Source: Klebsormidium nitens (lineage: Eukaryota; Plantae; Klebsormidiophyceae). Taken from it: DNA of 43,077 nucleotides. The stretch covers positions 1 through 43,077 of the forward strand of contig DF237643.1 of the NCBI GenBank assembly GCA_000708835.1. The letters are read 5' to 3'. A program made the position numbers and the translations under genes. The notes below the pieces were generated by a model. That model was not told where the DNA came from. It made no database searches and was given only the letters and a program-made list of their open reading frames with translations. Numbering within the stretch: the first letter of the stretch is position 1; each line of letters opens with the position of its first letter. Below are positions 39,848 to 43,077 of the stretch, piece after piece.

Positions 39848-42686
39848 CTAGTAGTAGCGCTCCCAGCCCGGGCGGCCCAGAATTTTGCACCCGCCCAGTC
39901 CACGTGGCACCATCTCAGGAACGTCGACGATGAGCCGCTTCCACAATGGGAGTTCCACGCCCTGCAATTTCGAAAAACCTGCCATTTTGACTAGCCTATT
40001 CTGAGAGCGTTCACCATACCCGAAATTGTGACTAGCGATTTATGACAGCGTTCACCAAATACGAAATCATGCTTATCCTTTGATAAGATCGGTTCAAAAG
40101 GGATTGTGGAAAAAGCATGTCCAAGTTGCATGTTCATTTCTTTCCTGGAAAATGCAGCTTACCACAGCATCTGATCCCCTCAGATATCTGCTTGCATTCA
40201 TCAACATTTCCGATTCCCGCTGAACGTAAGGAGGCGGCCAGACGGAATCGAAAAAGAGCTGAAAGCGTTTCTAGAAGGCTCGGGAATGGTGCAAGGTGTT
40301 TCCAGGCTAACCGGGTTGGGTTAGACGCTGACCTGGTACACGTGGCGGCCGATCTGCTGCATGCGCTCCGGCATGGCCCAGCGGAGGCAGCGCAGGGTGC
40401 GCACTCGGTAGCCGTAGAGCTCCTGGGACTCCAGAATGAACGGCAGCAGCTTGACCCACGTGGCGGGTGACGTCACCTCGTAGACCTGCAATAAGGCAAG
40501 CGGTAGCTTGTAAAGTGTGCACGCAATATTCACCAATTCTTAACCAGCCCATAGCCAGCCCAAAAGCATCTTTGGTTAAAGCAAAAAATTCCCTGTAAGG
40601 AACAGCTCCTGAATGAGCGTACGCAAAGGGAGTTTTGAGAGTCCCTCACCTTGCGGAGAGCTTCGATGTGCATCACAATGGGCATATGCTTCCGCGCGAG
40701 TGGATTGAGGTGATTCTCCTCCATGAGCATGTGCTCCGTCAAAACCGCGGAATAGTCGGCCAGCGCGCTTTGGATCTTGACGGCAAGCGAAGTCTTTTCG
40801 TCGCCTGCAAAAGAAGGCAGAACGGTTGAAGTGGACACATAGGTGCATTATAATGTGAACTCAAGGTAGCAGACGCGCTTTATGTTTTGGTATGACAGCG
40901 TCAGGACCTCGTCTCCTAAGGCGAACACTAAGCAGCATTTGCCACCCAAACATGACAAGGACTCGAGCAGACATGATAAAGAAGAAACAATTCTTGGGAG
41001 CGGGCGATCGAAGCGTGAGAGTTGCGGGAAAGGTGACGTAAGCGACTTTGACGGCCACGTTTTTCCTAGCCTTTGTCACCAACCACGAAGAGCGAAGTTT
41101 GACTCACGGCGTTGAGTGAAGCAGGCTTGACGTCAAACGTGCGCTCCAATAGCAGCTAATGAACTTTGAATCAGTGCCAATCTTGGATCAATTTTCCGAG
41201 TCCATTCGGCATGAATTAACCCTGCTTACTAGGGGCGCCATCAGTTATTGGCAGCGCGGCCCTAAACTAGTCACTGGGTTCGTCACATCTACTCACCGTT
41301 TGCCTTTTCGAACCCTTCAAAGAGAGCCCCGATCGCCTGCAGCTGCTCGTGATGACCCTCGTGTTCGTGCTGAGCGGTAGCGGTCACTCCTGGGAAGAAG
41401 GACTCAAAGTACGGGTACAGGACCTGCAATGATATGTGAGAACGTTACTCAAGATCAGACGGACGATTAAAAGTTTCATTATCAGACGTCTCCGGACAGG
41501 CCAGCTTTTGCGCGCTCTCGTTTTTGAAAGGGGTACGTCAGGAAAGAGGATTCCAAGTTGATCCATACGGCGTCTGCATCCGAGGCGTCTGTAGTCGAGG
41601 TATTTACAAAGGTCAGATCAAGGCCCGCATGTTGTCACTTTTGGCAGGCGCCGACTGGAAAGGCTAAGCAGACCTGTTACAGGACGGAGTTTCTCAACCC
41701 GTTTTACATAGCAACGGTAAACATGCGCCTTTTGCTTGTCGAGCGCGTACAATTCTCGGAAACGCCAGCTCACCTTGTCCTCGTGCACGGAGTGCTCCTC
41801 GTGCAACAGAGCCATCATGTCCCACGTCACCTTGAGCTTGCGAAGCGTCACTTTGCTGGGCGCCTCCACTAGACTGGCAGCCTGGGGAGTTAAAAGAACG
41901 GATCGAACGCTGGAAACTCAGATGACTAACTAGAGGCAGTCACACCCCCTTGAATGTCTTCGCCCCGGAGAGAGCTCTGAGATAGCGGCCGCGTTTTGCC
42001 ATCATGTTATCATGGGTCTCACAAGATGAAGAATCGTGGGCTGCGGATTGGACTCACAGTCATTTCGACGGCCGGCGGCAAAAGTGAGACAAGATTGTTC
42101 GGGAACAGCCTAAACATGTCCGCGAATCACGGACTTTGAAGGCGGTCAACAGTTGCGACAATCGACCGGTCAACTGTTGCCACAATGTCCATCGCTTTAT
42201 ATATAGGATCAAGGTTTGATGTCTATGGTCAGGTTCTTCGATCTGTTGAGATTCGGTGCAAAGTCCAAGTTGCACCTGGCCCGATCCAGTGTCGGAGTAG
42301 AGACCAGGGTCTTCATAGCCGCAAAATCGAAGTTTTCATTCTCTGACAGAAGGCCTTATGAGCTCTTCTGTTGTGTGCCGAATCAAATCTCTCTCTTGAA
42401 ATACCTCTTGAGGGCAGGGGACTCCGCCGATCTTGACGAAGTTACCCCTCATAGACGCACAAGGAAAGAGAATGAGTCGCAGAAGGATCAGGAAATATTT
42501 GAAATGCTGGCGCAGGGCACTTAATCTCCGACTCTACAAACCATTTTATCCTAGTCTTCAGCTAGAGGATGCCTTACCTGTTTCTCCATCTTTTTCAGCC
42601 CGCCGTAGAATGCTTTGTGCACCAACTTCATGAACGTCAGCGGACCCCACTTATCGTCCGCCACAAACAGCTCCCCTTCCACCAGC
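39848..42686 (-). CDS. Hemerythrin (HHE)-domain protein, C-terminal ~254 aa; 5' part lies beyond the window
   Basis: Exons 42686-42578, 41881-41774, 41423-41297, 40804-40650, 40485-40333, 39961-39848, all GT-AG with consistent phase. Candidate di-iron ligand pattern: LVHKAF ... HSVHE ... EHEGHH ... HMLMEE. The protein ends LRWAMPERMQQIG..GVELPLWKRLIVDVPEMVPRG..GWERYY*. Confidence 0.85.
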
Positions 42687-43077
42687 CTGCGAAGCGGAAT
42701 TCAAAGGTGTTTATGACGTCAGTGACTCCCGTTCTGACCAGGACTCGGAAACGTACATGAACCATCTTTATATTGCAGCGAAAGCCCTAGAATCTGGACC
42801 TACTCTGGGTCCGGGGAAAGCGACCATGAAGGTGATTTCCCTGCTTTCTGATCGCCAAGCCGATAAACGATATCACCGCCACCCATCACTCTCAAAACGG
42901 CTTTGATGTCACTGGCTTCCCTTCTCAATGATTGTCAAGAATTGTGACGGTTGGACGGGTTTCAACGCTGCCCGTCTGCTAGACATGTGCGGAATCCATG
43001 CCCAGCTTTTCAGCCCAACTTAGGTTCACCTTCAGCAAGAGCGCCTCTCAGAAAAATTGTTGCTCTCTTGCCTTCTT

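Noticed and set aside
42058-42110. Possible extra hemerythrin exon (LFPNNLVSLLPPAVEMT with a GTGAGT donor)
   Set aside because: Its acceptor phase does not fit, and the 42578-to-41881 junction already gives a continuous hemerythrin helix.

Overview
Intron-rich eukaryotic genomic DNA with GT-AG introns and CTRAC-type branch points. It contains one 219-nt assembly gap (39005-39223). A plant-type Rab3GAP, telomere-like intron tracts and the base composition suggest a streptophyte green alga such as Klebsormidium; this is inference only. I assembled four genes by hand with consistent exon phases. (1) A Deltex-type E3 ligase (WWE-WWE-RING-H2-DTC; minus strand; 8 coding exons; ~442 aa). (2) Head-to-head with it, the Rab3GAP catalytic subunit (plus strand; 20 coding exons; ~1067 aa). 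(3) A UPF0728/C10orf53 homologue (minus strand; 95 aa). (4) The 3' part of a hemerythrin-domain gene (minus strand), which runs off the window end. The first ~10 kb holds decayed tandem duplications and CGCG-rich islands with no gene I can identify. A CACTA-like non-autonomous element spans the gap. The most striking signal is 'splice-junction echoes'. Introns of both large genes, on opposite strands, carry serial tandem copies of the neighbouring exon end, its splice site and the adjacent intron. Units are mostly ~125-165 bp. In the largest arrays the copies decay progressively away from the functional junction. Deltex intron 7 is built almost entirely from six donor echoes and three acceptor echoes facing each other.
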